Source of the DNA: Octopus vulgaris
Taxonomy: Eukaryota
Assembly (NCBI GenBank): GCA_951406725.2
Contig: OX597817.1
Location: forward strand, 33,294,001 to 33,358,000
Reading direction: 5' to 3'
Length of the DNA: 64,000 nucleotides
The number at the start of each line of letters is the position of its first letter. The stretch's first letter is position 1. Positions 52,480 to 64,000 of this stretch are shown in pieces. The notes below the pieces were generated by a model. The model made no database searches. It was not told the DNA's origin and worked only from the letters and a program-made list of their open reading frames with translations. The position numbers and the translations under genes were made by a program.

Positions 52480-52570
<91 letters not shown>

Positions 52571-52665
52571 ATAATGTGTACGTACGCCGCTATATATATA
52601 TATATCTTTCATTTTTTTTCATTTTTATCTAGTTTCAGCTCATGAGTTGTGGCCATGCTGGGGCA

Positions 52666-52836
52666 CCAGCACCCACTACACTCATGGAGTGGTTGGCGTT
52701 AGGAAGGGCATCCAGCTGTAGAAACACTTCCAGATCAGACTGAGCCTGGTGCAGCCGTCTGGCTTCCCAGACCCCAGTTGAACTGTCCAACTCGTGCTAG
52801 CATGGAAAGTGGACGTTAAACGATGATGATGATGAT
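52666..52836 (+). mobile_element. RTE tail fragment fused to a minus-strand SINE tail (52625-52667)
   Basis: GCACCCACTACACTC...(GAT)5. The junction lies at a repeated GCACC. Confidence 0.85.
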
Positions 52837-52840
52837 ATAT

Positions 52841-53489
52841 AAAATGCAAAATGGGACAAGAACGCAAAACATCCAGACAACTACGTGATACAAAAAGGGA
52901 AAACAAAACATCCAGATAGACGATACAAAAAAACAAGGATGGGTCATTTGAAGCTTTCTATCCTCAGTCAAGAACCGGATCCTCACGTGACTGATAGGCC
53001 AGACTACTAGCCCTTTTTTTGCATCTGACTGTAGTCACTGCTACATCGATGTTCTTTCCTGTGTTTGTGAAAGTTTTGTATCTCTGCCATAAGGCTTCAT
53101 TTCCACACATGCCAGCTGAATTCGATTCGTCCCCAGTCGAAAGACACCTGTTGTTATGACCTGTTATTATTATTATTTTTATTGCATTTTGTATTTATAT
53201 TCGTGTAACATCATCTGTTTTTCCGTCCTTGTTTTCATATACATTCGATGCTTTCTTCCAAGGAATCTAATGCTCTTAGCTTAGTTTTTCCTTGGGGATG
53301 GCTAGATTGGCGCAATCTCAAGATTAATCAGCTGAAATTGCAAGGATGATCCGGTTCTTGATTGAGGATAGAAAGCATCGAATGACCCGTCCTTGTTTTT
53401 TTTGTATCGTCTATCTGGATGTTTTGTTGTCCCTTTTTGTATCACCTAGCTCTCCAGATGTTTTGCGTTCTTGTCCCATTTTGTATTTT
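52841..53489. mobile_element. Element with ~141-bp inverted arms abutting TA repeats (probable second Penelope-like family)
   Basis: 52841-52981 is the reverse complement of 53348-53489 (roughly 90% by eye), with a 366-bp interior and TA repeats at both ends. Confidence 0.6.
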
Positions 53490-54237
53490 TTATATATATA
53501 TATATATATATACATACACACACACGCGCACACATATACGCACGCGCATGTGTACACACACACATGTATATAATGGGTTTGATACTTTTATATTAATTGA
53601 TGTTCTGGCAGTCAAGTGTAGGCTTAGATATTTTTATAGCTCTGTATTGATCCTTGCCATTTCTTTATAATCACTCTGTTATCTCTTTGTCATCACCTGT
53701 TATTGCCACAATTCTCACCATATTTCTTTCTACTATCATTTTCATCAATCATTATTAGATTTGTATTGGTTATTTTCTGTTAATATGAGTAGAACTGGCC
53801 TACTGAATAGCCAGACATTTTCTGTGAATCTTTAGCTTAGTTTATTTCATCTGTGCTGGTTAATTTTTCAAATCCAGTTAACTATTCCACTCCCTAAGTT
53901 TTTTATGTCTCACCTTTCTCTTTTGGCTATCACATCTCTAAAGTCACAGGCAGTTTTTTTATCTATCTTTATCTCTTGATTCTCTTCATAATAATTAATT
54001 TCCATTTGTTTTCCCTGAGTCTATCATACTTGTTTGTATTGCCCAGAGAATTATTATAGATTATAGTTGTTACTTCTGTTGTCTTATGCATGCATCTTAA
54101 CTTTCAGAGCTTGAAATTGCAGCTTTGAGCAACCTAGAATTTACTTTTACAAACACTCAAGAATTCTTTTGTAGTTTTTAGGGGTGAATGTATTAAAATT
54201 TTGTTAGATTAAGCAAAAAATGGGTAACTTGGAAATA

Positions 54238-54478
54238 ATTAAAAAGCACCAACCGATCGTGGCCATTTGCCATTCTCCTCTGGCCCCTGTGCTGGTGGCA
54301 TGTAAAAAGCACCCACTACACTCATGGAGTGGTTGGCGTTAGGAAGGGCATCCAGCTGTAGAAACACTGCCAGATCAGACTGGAGCCTGGTGCAGCCTCC
54401 TGGTTTCCCAGACCCCGGTCGAACTGTCCAACCCATGCTAGCATGGAAAACGGACGTTAAACGATGATAATGATGATG
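54238..54478 (+). mobile_element. RTE tail fragment
   Basis: Same 3' UTR and (GAT)n tail as the other copies. Confidence 0.88.
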
Positions 54479-54658
54479 GTTTATATAGTCATATTAAAAG
54501 GAGTGATATCTAGACATGGTTTGTTGTGTTACTAGAGCATGGAGAGGTTCTAGCAGGACAGAACAACAGTGCCAAATCCTCTACAATCTAATTCTGTTTG
54601 AGTGCAAAATTGTGACACACTTGTCAGTGAACTGCACTTATGTTAGCTATTCATAGTA

Positions 54659-54875
54659 AGGCCGCGAGCTGGCAGAAACGTTAGTATGCCAGGTGAAATG
54701 CTTAGCGGTATTTCGTCTGCCGCTATGTTCTGAGTTCAAATTCTGCCGAGGTCGACTTTGCCTTTCATCCTTTCGAGGTCGATTAAATAAATACCAGTTA
54801 CGCACTGGGGTCGATGTAATCGACTTAATCTCTTTGTCTGTCCTTGTTTAGCCCCTTGTGGATAGTAAAGAAAAA
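54659..54875 (+). mobile_element. SINE S2
   Basis: Head GGCCGCGAGCTGGCAGAAACG, tail TTTAGCCCCTTGTGGATAGTAAAGAAA. Confidence 0.92.
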
Positions 54876-55399
54876 GGTAGCTATTTACAGTTAGGTAATG
54901 TGTGCCATTGAGAAAGAGAGAGTTAAATATATTTGCCACTGATATGTCACTGATGTTGGGGTACCAACTACCAGCTCTTCAGTCAGTAGTTCAGTACCAT
55001 ATTTTGGCTTACTGAACCCCTCATTGACAAACAACTTCTTAGGAATTACACAATTAAAAAAACAACATAAGTATAACTATTCAATCCAAATTGTATAGAA
55101 ATTGGTCTGCTGCTTTTATATAAGTAAACCTCTTAACATATATTCACTGTATATATAAAAACAAAAACAAAGAGGTATTGAGCAAGGTTGTTGACATATT
55201 TAATAAGAGTTACATTTTTTAAATATCTGAATCAACTGTGACTATACCGTTTTAATATTTCATCTAAAAACCAAGTGTCTGTCTGTTTGTCACACAAAAA
55301 CTAGTTTAATACTATAATGTAAGCTAATATTATTCAAATTGGCTGAGAGGAGAGGAAGCTGATTATATTATGTGAATTTTCTTCAAAAGTATTCATAAT

Positions 55400-56252
55400 G
55401 TGTGACCAGTGCCCCCTGACTGGCTCCTGTGTTGGTGGCATGTAAAAAGCATTATCCGAACGTGGTCAATGTCCGGTCCGCCTGACTGGCTCCCATGCTG
55501 GTGGCACATAAAAAGCACCAACCAATCATGGCCAATGCCAGTACCCACTGACTGGCTCCTGTGCTGTCGGCATGTAAAAAGCACTATCTGAATGTGATCA
55601 ATGCCAGGCACACCTGACTGGCTCCTGTGTGGTTGACACATAAAAAGCATCCACTACACTCTCAGAGTGGTTGGCTGCAGAAACATTACCAGATCAGATT
55701 GAAAGAAATGAAGCTAGCATTGCTTCACTGGATGTGTAAGGTCAGTGTGCATGTACAACAGCATCTTGAGAGAAAAGTTGGGCATAATAGGCATCAGATA
55801 TGGTGTGCAGGAGAGACAACAGCACAGGTGTGGTCATATGATGCATATGGATGAGGACAGCTGTGTAAAAAAGTGCTGGTCTCTAACTGTGGAGAGAAAC
55901 TATGGAAGAGATAGACCCAGGAAGACGTGGGACAAAGTGGTGAAGCATGGTCTTCAAATGCTGGGTCTCATTGAGACAATGAGTAGTGACTGAGACCTTT
56001 AGTGATATGCTGTGCTTGAGAAGACCTTTCAAGCCAAGTGAAATCATAGCCATGGCCAATGTCAGTGTCCTGTAACTGGCACCAGTGCTGGTGGCACATA
56101 AAAGCACCCATTACACTCTGAGTGGTTGGTGCTAGGAAGGGCATCCAGCCATAGAAATCATGCCAAATCAGACTGGTGTCAGTGCAGTTCCTCAGCTTGC
56201 CCTCGTAAAACCATCCAACTCATGCCAGCATGGACAAGGGATATCAAATGAT
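55400..56252 (+). mobile_element. Two adjacent RTE pieces: a 3' UTR with 4 tandem units, then ORF C-terminus and 3' UTR
   Basis: 55745-55993 translates ILREKLGIIGIRYGVQERQ..CGHMMHMDEDSCVKKC...GRDRPRKTWDKVVKH. Confidence 0.88.
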
Positions 56253-57198
56253 AAATTGTGTGTGTGTTTGGATATATAGAGTTAGTGTGCTGTAGCATGT
56301 GCAATGTTAGAATGTAGAAATAGTAATTAAAGTGGAAATATGAGGTTTAATGGCACATGTTTAACTTGAAATATATTATAAAAGTATCAGATAACTAGTT
56401 AAGTGTATGGCAGTTTGTATCCAGTTGCTATGGAATCTTCAGCTAAAATACATAACTCTCTATGGCAAAATTCCAGGGGTTTTTTCTTGTTGTTTAACCT
56501 AAGATCAACCCTAAATGAACAGATCTGTGTTCTGATGTTCCAGTCATAACTACCCAGTCTTTATTCCAGACAGGGCTTTATCCAATGTGTTCATCTTAGA
56601 TTTGATAGAGATTTAGGTGATATTTCTAGCAAGATGAATGACCATGTAGAGGCTGCATCACTGGCTTGCCTGTTTCTAGATAGCTGGTATAATCCACTGC
56701 TTTCAGCAGTGGAAGCACTTTGAAATTTCCTAGTGTTTCATTGGTTTGCATTGCTAAGTTGGACTCCTCTTCGAGAAAAAGCTAAGTTATTTGTTATAAA
56801 TCACAGTCATCACCAAGGGCACACAGGGCTCTAAATTGCTTAATATTGGGAAAACTGGAATTTATCATTGACCTTGTGGAAAAGGATTAGCGTTTCTGTT
56901 TTCCTAGAAGAATTTACCTTGATCATAAGCTTGCTTATTGATTATATATTGTATTTGTCAACTCTGACATACTTCTCTTAAAAGGCTCCACAGTGAAAAT
57001 GTTTCTGAGATGCCTCTTATCAAATCAATCACAAAGTTAAATTGAAACTAATGTTTGGTAGCAACAGAGTACCTTTTTATGGAATCCATTAACACCTGGA
57101 TCAACAGGATCACAGAGTTGAATGTTTCTGATATACTCTGCAATGCTAGTGACAAAATAGGAATTGTTTGCACCATTTTTGATTCAGCAAAGTTGCAT

Positions 57199-57425
57199 CT
57201 CTTTTACTCTCTTTTACTTGTTTCAGTCATTTGAATGTGGCCATGCTGGAGCACCACCTTTATTCAAGCAAATCGACCCCCAGAATTTATTCTTTGTAAG
57301 CCTAGTACTTATTCTATCAGTCTCTTTTGCCGAACTGCTAAGTTATGGGGACGTAAACACACCAGCATCGGTCTTCAAGCGATGTTGGGGGGGACAAACA
57401 CAGACACACAAACACACATGCGTGC

Positions 57426-57470
<45 letters not shown>

Positions 57471-57641
57471 CATATATACGACAGGCTTCTTTCAGTTTCT
57501 GTCTACCAAATCCACTCACAAGGCTTTGGTCAGCCCGAGGCTATAGTAGAAGACACTTGCCCTAAGTGCCATGCAGTGGGACTGAACCCGGAACCATGTG
57601 GTTGGTAAGCAAGCTACTTACCACACCGCCACTCATACGCC
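57199..57641 (-). mobile_element. SINE S1, full length
   Basis: Reverse complement of S1. Confidence 0.93.
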
Positions 57642-59189
57642 TATATAACATATTTATAACACCTTTATAACATATTTGGTTCTATGTCAACCAGTTACTC
57701 AGTTTCCCTTCTGGAATATATATCATAGATTGCCTGACAGTTTTTATCTTTTTTAATAATGATTCTCAATAAAATGAATTGCTATTATAACTATTTTCAT
57801 TCTATAAAATAGGTTCCCATTGTCATTATTGATTAACAGCATATGGTTGTGAAAACTCATTCCAAATTTGTGTTCCTATCAGTGGCCTAAATTTCATTCC
57901 TCACCTAATGATTAAAACAAGTACCATATTATTAAATTTATTCAATTCTGCTTTCATTGGTGGTTATTATGCTTTTCATTTACGTCAAGTATAACTGGCG
58001 ACAACTAAGCATGTTCGGAGCTGTCTTTATTAAAAGCTGTTTGTTTGTGGCTTCCCCATTAACAAATGGGAGATGAAGAATAAGAAATACCTTCTGGATA
58101 ATAGCATTGAACAGTGAAATAATCTTGAGAGGTATGATTAATTTATTTTTTAAAGAAGTCTTACTCAACTGAAGTAGCTAGCAACATTAAATATTGCAAG
58201 AATAGAAAGTTATGAAATATTTCAAGTTACTTGAATTTATTTTTTTATTTCTTTTATAAGGTAATAAAATACTGCGCTAGTTTAGTTTAACTTCCAAATT
58301 TGTTTTGTTTGTATCTGATCCAGGGTTCTGCATTATGGTCTTAATTTGTTTATTCTCGCTGAAAATCAGGAGCCAAGACTGATTGTTTACTTATACACAA
58401 TATGAATTGGCTGAATTAATCCAAACAAAAAGTAATTTAATGTTATCCATACACTACTTGTTATTAAGAGTAAAGTTAGATTAAATCCGATTTATTTTTA
58501 ACTATTAAATAATCCGCAATGTGAGTGCTAGAGATATTTTTCATCTAGACTGTGTAGTCACAATTTGCACCAGACTCCACGTGATAATAAAATCCTGTAC
58601 AGATAACTTGGGCAGTCAATGCTCTATTACTGGGGCCATGCCAAATCTAGGCATTAAATAGCAATGTGAATTGTTTTCAACATAAACAATAGAAATTTTT
58701 AAAGGAATTATTAGTTCTTAATTGTTATTTACATTTTTGAAAGTCTGTAAATGTTTTTAATTAGCAAATACCCATAAACCTAATTAAATATCATCAGCTA
58801 AAAATATAACAAGTATTAATGTGGATTAGACTATAACGAAATATTAGCTTAGTCATCAAAATCCTTGTGCTTACATAATTTTGAGTGTTAAAGAAGCTAT
58901 CAACAGACCGTTAACCTATTCCACAGTAACATCTTTACTAAAACAATTAATTATTCAGTGATGACTATTTTCTGTGGAGCTGGAATACAGATATGCATGA
59001 AAGAAGGAAACCATTTTTTGCAGATTAAAGAATTTTGTTGTAATTAAAATAAATTTCTGTTGTAGTTTTGATAATCTACTCAATACTTTTCTGGTATCAA
59101 ATCTAGATTTAATTATTAGACTGATTTCTGATGCTAAGGAGGCTTGCCCCTTTTGCCAATAAGAACTAAAATATCATAGATATATATTC

Positions 59190-59399
59190 AATGTGACCAC
59201 GTGTGTATCGTTGGCGATTTTTTTTTACTCTGTCTTCCCTTCCTTGGATCTTTCCTTTTTCTATGTTTCTGATGAAGAGCTCCGCTCAAAATGTTAAATC
59301 CTCCTTTTTTCTTTCCTTTCCTGAGCATCCAATAACACTATACTTGTTCCATGTCCCCGCGTTGTGTTTTCTCTTGGTGTTTTCATGTTTGGATTAACT
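59190..59399 (+). mobile_element. Penelope-like 3' end with a mutated minimal hammerhead, ending in (TA)n
   Basis: TTT-CTGATGA-A-GAGC-TCC-GCTC-AAAA-TG-TT-AAA (59266-59298). Terminus shared with 44327-44420. Confidence 0.7.
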
Positions 59400-59467
59400 A
59401 TATATATATATATATATCTATATATATGTATATATATATATATCTATATATATATATATATATATAT

Positions 59468-59776
59468 ACACAAGGTGCAGTGAATATATTGTCTAAATTA
59501 CGCAAAAATGAAAATAACATTGACTTCGCATTTTAACAGATATATTTACCAAAATTACATTAAAATATCATGAAATATTAGGGTAAATTTATGCAATAAA
59601 ATCGGCTTCAACCACAGCCTCCATATGACTTCGGAATCTCCTGCAACTCTTCTTGATGGTATCCTTGTTCAAGTTGGTGAATGTTGTCATAGTCTTTGCC
59701 ATCAGTTCATCATTGGTGTTACAAGGAGTTTTGTTGGTCTCTTGTTCAACTGTGCCCAACACACAATAACCAAGGG

Positions 59777-59780
<4 letters not shown>
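59468..59780 (-). mobile_element. Tc1/mariner-superfamily transposase C-terminus and right end
   Basis: NTLGYCVLGTVEQETNKTPCNTNDELMAK...KKSCRRFRSHMEAVVEADFIA matches the NP(L/I)(D/E)..W...K.....L......R...V....G.. pattern. Confidence 0.8.
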
Positions 59781-59824
<44 letters not shown>

Positions 59825-61233
59825 TCATCATCATCGTTTAACGTCCGCTTTGACCATGCTAACATGGGTGATGCATGCATGCATGCATGTATGTATGTAT
59901 ATGCTACACTTTCAGTCTACACTGTTGCTAATGAAATTCTGAAACATTATTACTACTACAGCTCCCTTGATTTTGCATTACTAAGATAAATGCTGGCATG
60001 ACTGTGGTTATAAGGTTTGCTTTGCAACTATGTGATTCCAAGTTCAGTCCTTCTGTGTGTTTTTAGCATAGCTTTGAGTCAACCAAGTGAAATTTGCTTG
60101 AAACTATGTGGAAGACAGTCAAATGGGCTATTCCTGTTCTTGAGTGGCAAACTTAATATGTTACCCAGTTTAATACCACTATTTAGCTCATGTGTCATTA
60201 GTAGAGTTTATTCATTCTATTGCAAGCATCCAAGCCAGCCTCTAGTCTGAAAATAACTTTGTCCATTCCTCAAACCAGTCACAGTGGTCTTGAAAAAGGC
60301 CTGTTGTTAGTCAGAGGATGATGATCTGAGTAAGCCATTAAATAAATAAAAATTACACTTCATGCTGTTACTAGTGTTTCTCATGTAACTGAAACATTCA
60401 CAGATACAAACCTTACTTTGAGTTTATCTTTTGCTTTTGACCATGCTTCTGATGTTTGTTAATGTTGAAGATTTCTTTATAGCCTCTCACTAACAAGAAC
60501 ACAAAACACTTTTTAGTTAACCACCAAATTCAGTTATTTATTTACCTGGCATACATCAGTGGTTATTCTCCAATCCCTCATATAACCTATACTGACTAGG
60601 GAATAGCAGCAAGCAACTGAGAAGGCAAGATATGCAATGAGTATTAAAAATTAGCTTTGGTTGTTGTGATAATCTGTAAAAACTAGTGATGGCTTGTGTT
60701 AGTAAATAGTGATATGTGAAGTTCAAATATTGGGTTAAATTTTATGCCTTTTGGCAAAAAAATTCTGTGAGGGGTCCTACATGTAATTTCTTTTCCTCAC
60801 AGCATGAAATTAATTCTACTATTTGAACTTTTTGTGAAAATATGAAAGTTTGTTCAACAACATTTTAGATGGAGAAAAACTTCGTGGTTCCTTTTATTAA
60901 GCAAGGTATTTTCTGAAGGCAGGCTTTATAATGTTCTTCAAAAACAGTAAACAATTATTAGAAAAACATCAGATGTTGCAACATGGATACAATAATTATA
61001 ACATAATTATAATAATGGAGAAGGGCATAGTTGGATTAGTGTTAGTGTATAATTAAATCTGCTTGGAACATTGGAGTTTGATTTTAGCTTTGTTCATGGA
61101 TAAATATTAGTTTGGGGTACCAGATGTACGAAGTGGTTTAAACAGGATTTGGTAAATCTTACAAACAAGAACATTTTGACAATATAAGCTGCACTAGAAT
61201 TTAATATATATAATATGTCCTTGCACTTCTCTC

Positions 61234-61278
<45 letters not shown>

Positions 61279-62085
61279 GAGTTCATAAGGTGGATTAAGA
61301 TGTCTGCTTTGTCTTGTGGGAGTTGAATTCTATCTTCTAAGAAGCTACACAAATGCTTTAGATGAAAGCATTAATGTAATTGTTTATGCAAATAAATGTG
61401 ATGTTAGGAGTAGATTGATTCTTTTACTTGTCATTTACTTTGGGATTCACTTTTGTATATACACCTGTAACTAACAGAAAATATGGATTTGTGCATTTGT
61501 TTAGTTATTTCATCTCTTGGCAATGCTATAAATATATGATCTCTCTCTCTCTCTCTCTCTCTCTTACACACACACTTCGTTTCTAGGCATATTTTTGTTT
61601 TCTTAAGATGCATTCTTTTTTATATCTGTTAAGCATATTTTATAGGTTTATATTTTCAGAAGCCAGAATCTAATATTTCAATTTAGGATGGAGTAATAAG
61701 TGTGCATGTGTGGGTGTGTGTGTATTCTCATCATTTAACAGCCATGTTTCATGCTGGCATGGGTTGGATGGTTTGATAGAATCTGATGTGCCTATGAACT
61801 ATATTGTGCTCTAATGCCTGCTTTGGTTTCTATGATAGGGTACCCTTCCAAACACCAACCACTTTACAGTGTGTACTGGGTACTTTTTCTCATGGCACTA
61901 CCATAAGTGGGGTCAGCATGCAGTTTGCAAGACTGATTCCCTTCAACTGAATTGGGCTGCAGTAGAAAGAGAGGTGGCATTATGCTAGGAGATGAGGTGT
62001 AAATGTATGAGAGAAAGGAACAGAACAGGTTTCTTGCCGAACTCTGTAAAAAAGAGCCATCATTTAATTTGTTTGGAATTTTCTT

Positions 62086-62315
62086 ATTTCTTTATTGCCC
62101 ACAAGGGGCTAAACATAGAGGGGACAAACAAGGACAGACAAACAGGTTAGGTCGATTACATCGACCCCAGTGTGTAACTTGTACTTAATTTATCGACCCC
62201 GAAAGGATGAAAGGCAAAGTTCACCTCGGCGGAATTTGAACTCAGAACGTAACAGCAGACAAAATACCGCTGAGCATTTCACCCGGTGTGCTAATGTTTC
62301 TGCCAGCTCGACGCC
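62086..62315 (-). mobile_element. SINE S2 with 18-bp TSD
   Basis: TTTGTTTGGAATTTTCTT at 62068-62085 and 62316-62333. Confidence 0.93.
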
Positions 62316-63963
62316 TTTGTTTGGAATTTTCTTTTAAAATCCTAGAAATTTAAGATGTAACCAGTGACTTTGTGATTTGTTAGAAACTTGACCAGGAATG
62401 AGTAATAATGTGTGTAATGGGTGTGAGTGTTTATTTTAAGGAATGGCAGCACCCTTGCAAGTTCTAGCAGATGGTGAATGATCAGCTTCTGCAGATTGCT
62501 GCTGACAGAGAGGATTCTTAGAATATTAGTCCTCAGTTGAAAAAGTTGAGTAAAATGTTTGTATAGAATTTGGTGGGCAAGATAAGTGGGTGGATGTATA
62601 GTTATGCATTGGGATATGCAGCCTGCTGGTTATAAGAAACAGAAGCTGCTATAATAAATGGAGAAGAAGAATTTACAGAAAGAATAACACTCCTACAGGT
62701 TAGTAGCTGAAGTGTGTTGGTGAGCTGAATATACTTTATATAAGGATACCTTTAGGATTGCTTAGTCTGTGGCTTGAAGACCATCCTTTATACAGGTCAT
62801 AAACAAATGAGGCTTACACTTGAATTTTCTGGTCTAAAAGTATTTCAGATGCAGTAATAATGAATATAGTGTTACTGTGAGCCTTGATTAATATTGCAGC
62901 AACTGATTAAGTAGTGGATTGGCAGAATTACTAGAGTTGGATAAAATGATAACTGATAGTATTTGTTCCAGCTCTTTAGATTCTGAGTTCAAATCCTGCT
63001 GAAGTTACCTTTGCCTTTCATCCTCTGGGTTCAATAAAATAAATGCCTATCAGATACTGGCAGATGTGTGTGTATGTGTGGGGTCACTGATATCAACTAA
63101 CCCTCTCTCCTCAAAACTCTTTTGTCTGATTTAGGAACAATTATTTATAATAGTTATTGTCAGAGACACTTTTCAGTAAGCTTTTATGAAGGGGTTTGCT
63201 CTCCTCACCCTTATCTCTGTCAACAGCAGTCTGTTGACAGAGCTTGCAAGAGTACTGCCACAAGTTTACTCAGCATTCTAGAGGGTCCTACATTCTCCAC
63301 CCTCACTGAGTTAGTCTTTCTTTCTTTGTTTCTAATTGTTGAAGTTCTGAAATTTCGTAACTTTTGTGCCAAAAGCATTTTAAGATTTTTCATTTCTTTC
63401 CACACAAAATTTGAGTTTCAGTGGGATATTATAAGGCGGTGAAATATAACAAAAGAATGAAGATATACAGTGATTATAACTAAAGGTTCATTCTTCATTT
63501 GACTTGTAATGGAACATATAACCAGTGGTATACTAGTTAAAATAAAGCTCATATTTTAGTTGGTTTCCCTCAAGTATTGAAATAAGTACTAGTGGTATAT
63601 ACTAGTTAAACAGATCAGGAACAGAAATTATTGTGACCCATATTTTTGGAGAGAAGTTAATAAAAAGAAATTTTAAATAGGGTCACATGAAATTTTGGAG
63701 TGTTTAATTTCTTTCCAGCTTGTTCTAGTTTACTAGAAGAAAAAATAGGTGTAAGACCTGATGTTCTTGGGCAAATCTGGAAAAGCAAGGTAACTTTAGG
63801 AAAAAGGATGCATAAAAGTCTTCATTTAACGCAACATTTCTCAACTGGAGTTCTCTGGAATCCTAGGGGTCCACAAAAGGTTCCTAGGGGTTATGTGAGA
63901 GTGTGAGATATGCTCATTTCATGACTGTGATATTACTATACATGCACAACATATTGGTTATTG

Positions 63964-64000
<37 letters not shown>

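Larger units (their letters stand above)
51970..52482 (+). mobile_element. Penelope-like element remnant with inverted pseudo-LTR, inserted in (TA)n
   Basis: Arms 51970-52184 and 52199-52414 differ by about one substitution and one indel. Contains a hammerhead motif, an AATAAA, and a unique 3' extension to 52482. Long (TA)n on both sides. Confidence 0.8.

Noticed and set aside
52945-52975. Minus-strand CTGAGGA-TA-GAAAGCTT hammerhead-like motif
   Set aside because: Stem I cannot be closed with a UH cleavage site, and the other arm lacks the core C.
62441-62473. Possible 33-nt exon encoding MAAPLQVLAD
   Set aside because: Acceptor and donor are only moderate; expected by chance in this much sequence.

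Overview
AT-rich eukaryotic DNA with no intact host protein-coding exon that I can identify. The repeat content (tRNA-derived SINEs, RTE LINE tails ending in (GAT)n, TA/CA microsatellites) looks like an octopus (coleoid cephalopod) genome; this is recognition from memory, not a search result. Bases 1-~12.9 kb are a CpG-retaining transposon pile. A probable + strand promoter and non-coding first exon lie at ~12.97-13.42 kb. From ~16 kb to the end the DNA is CpG-depleted and repeat-filled, consistent with the methylated body of a large intron-rich gene. Two things stand out. (1) At 1.18-4.99 kb a non-autonomous Helentron-like element carries two adjacent retroposons that have an ORF but no reverse transcriptase. 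One encodes a Tx1/L1-like ORF1 with a CCHC knuckle; the other encodes an open 137-codon orphan ORF. They have long (20 and 30 bp) overlapping target duplications and share a 3' tail with a dispersed SINE family. (2) Penelope-like remnants sit in (TA)n tracts. One is a ~99% perfect hairpin with ~215-bp arms that carries a fully pairable type I hammerhead ribozyme on both strands.
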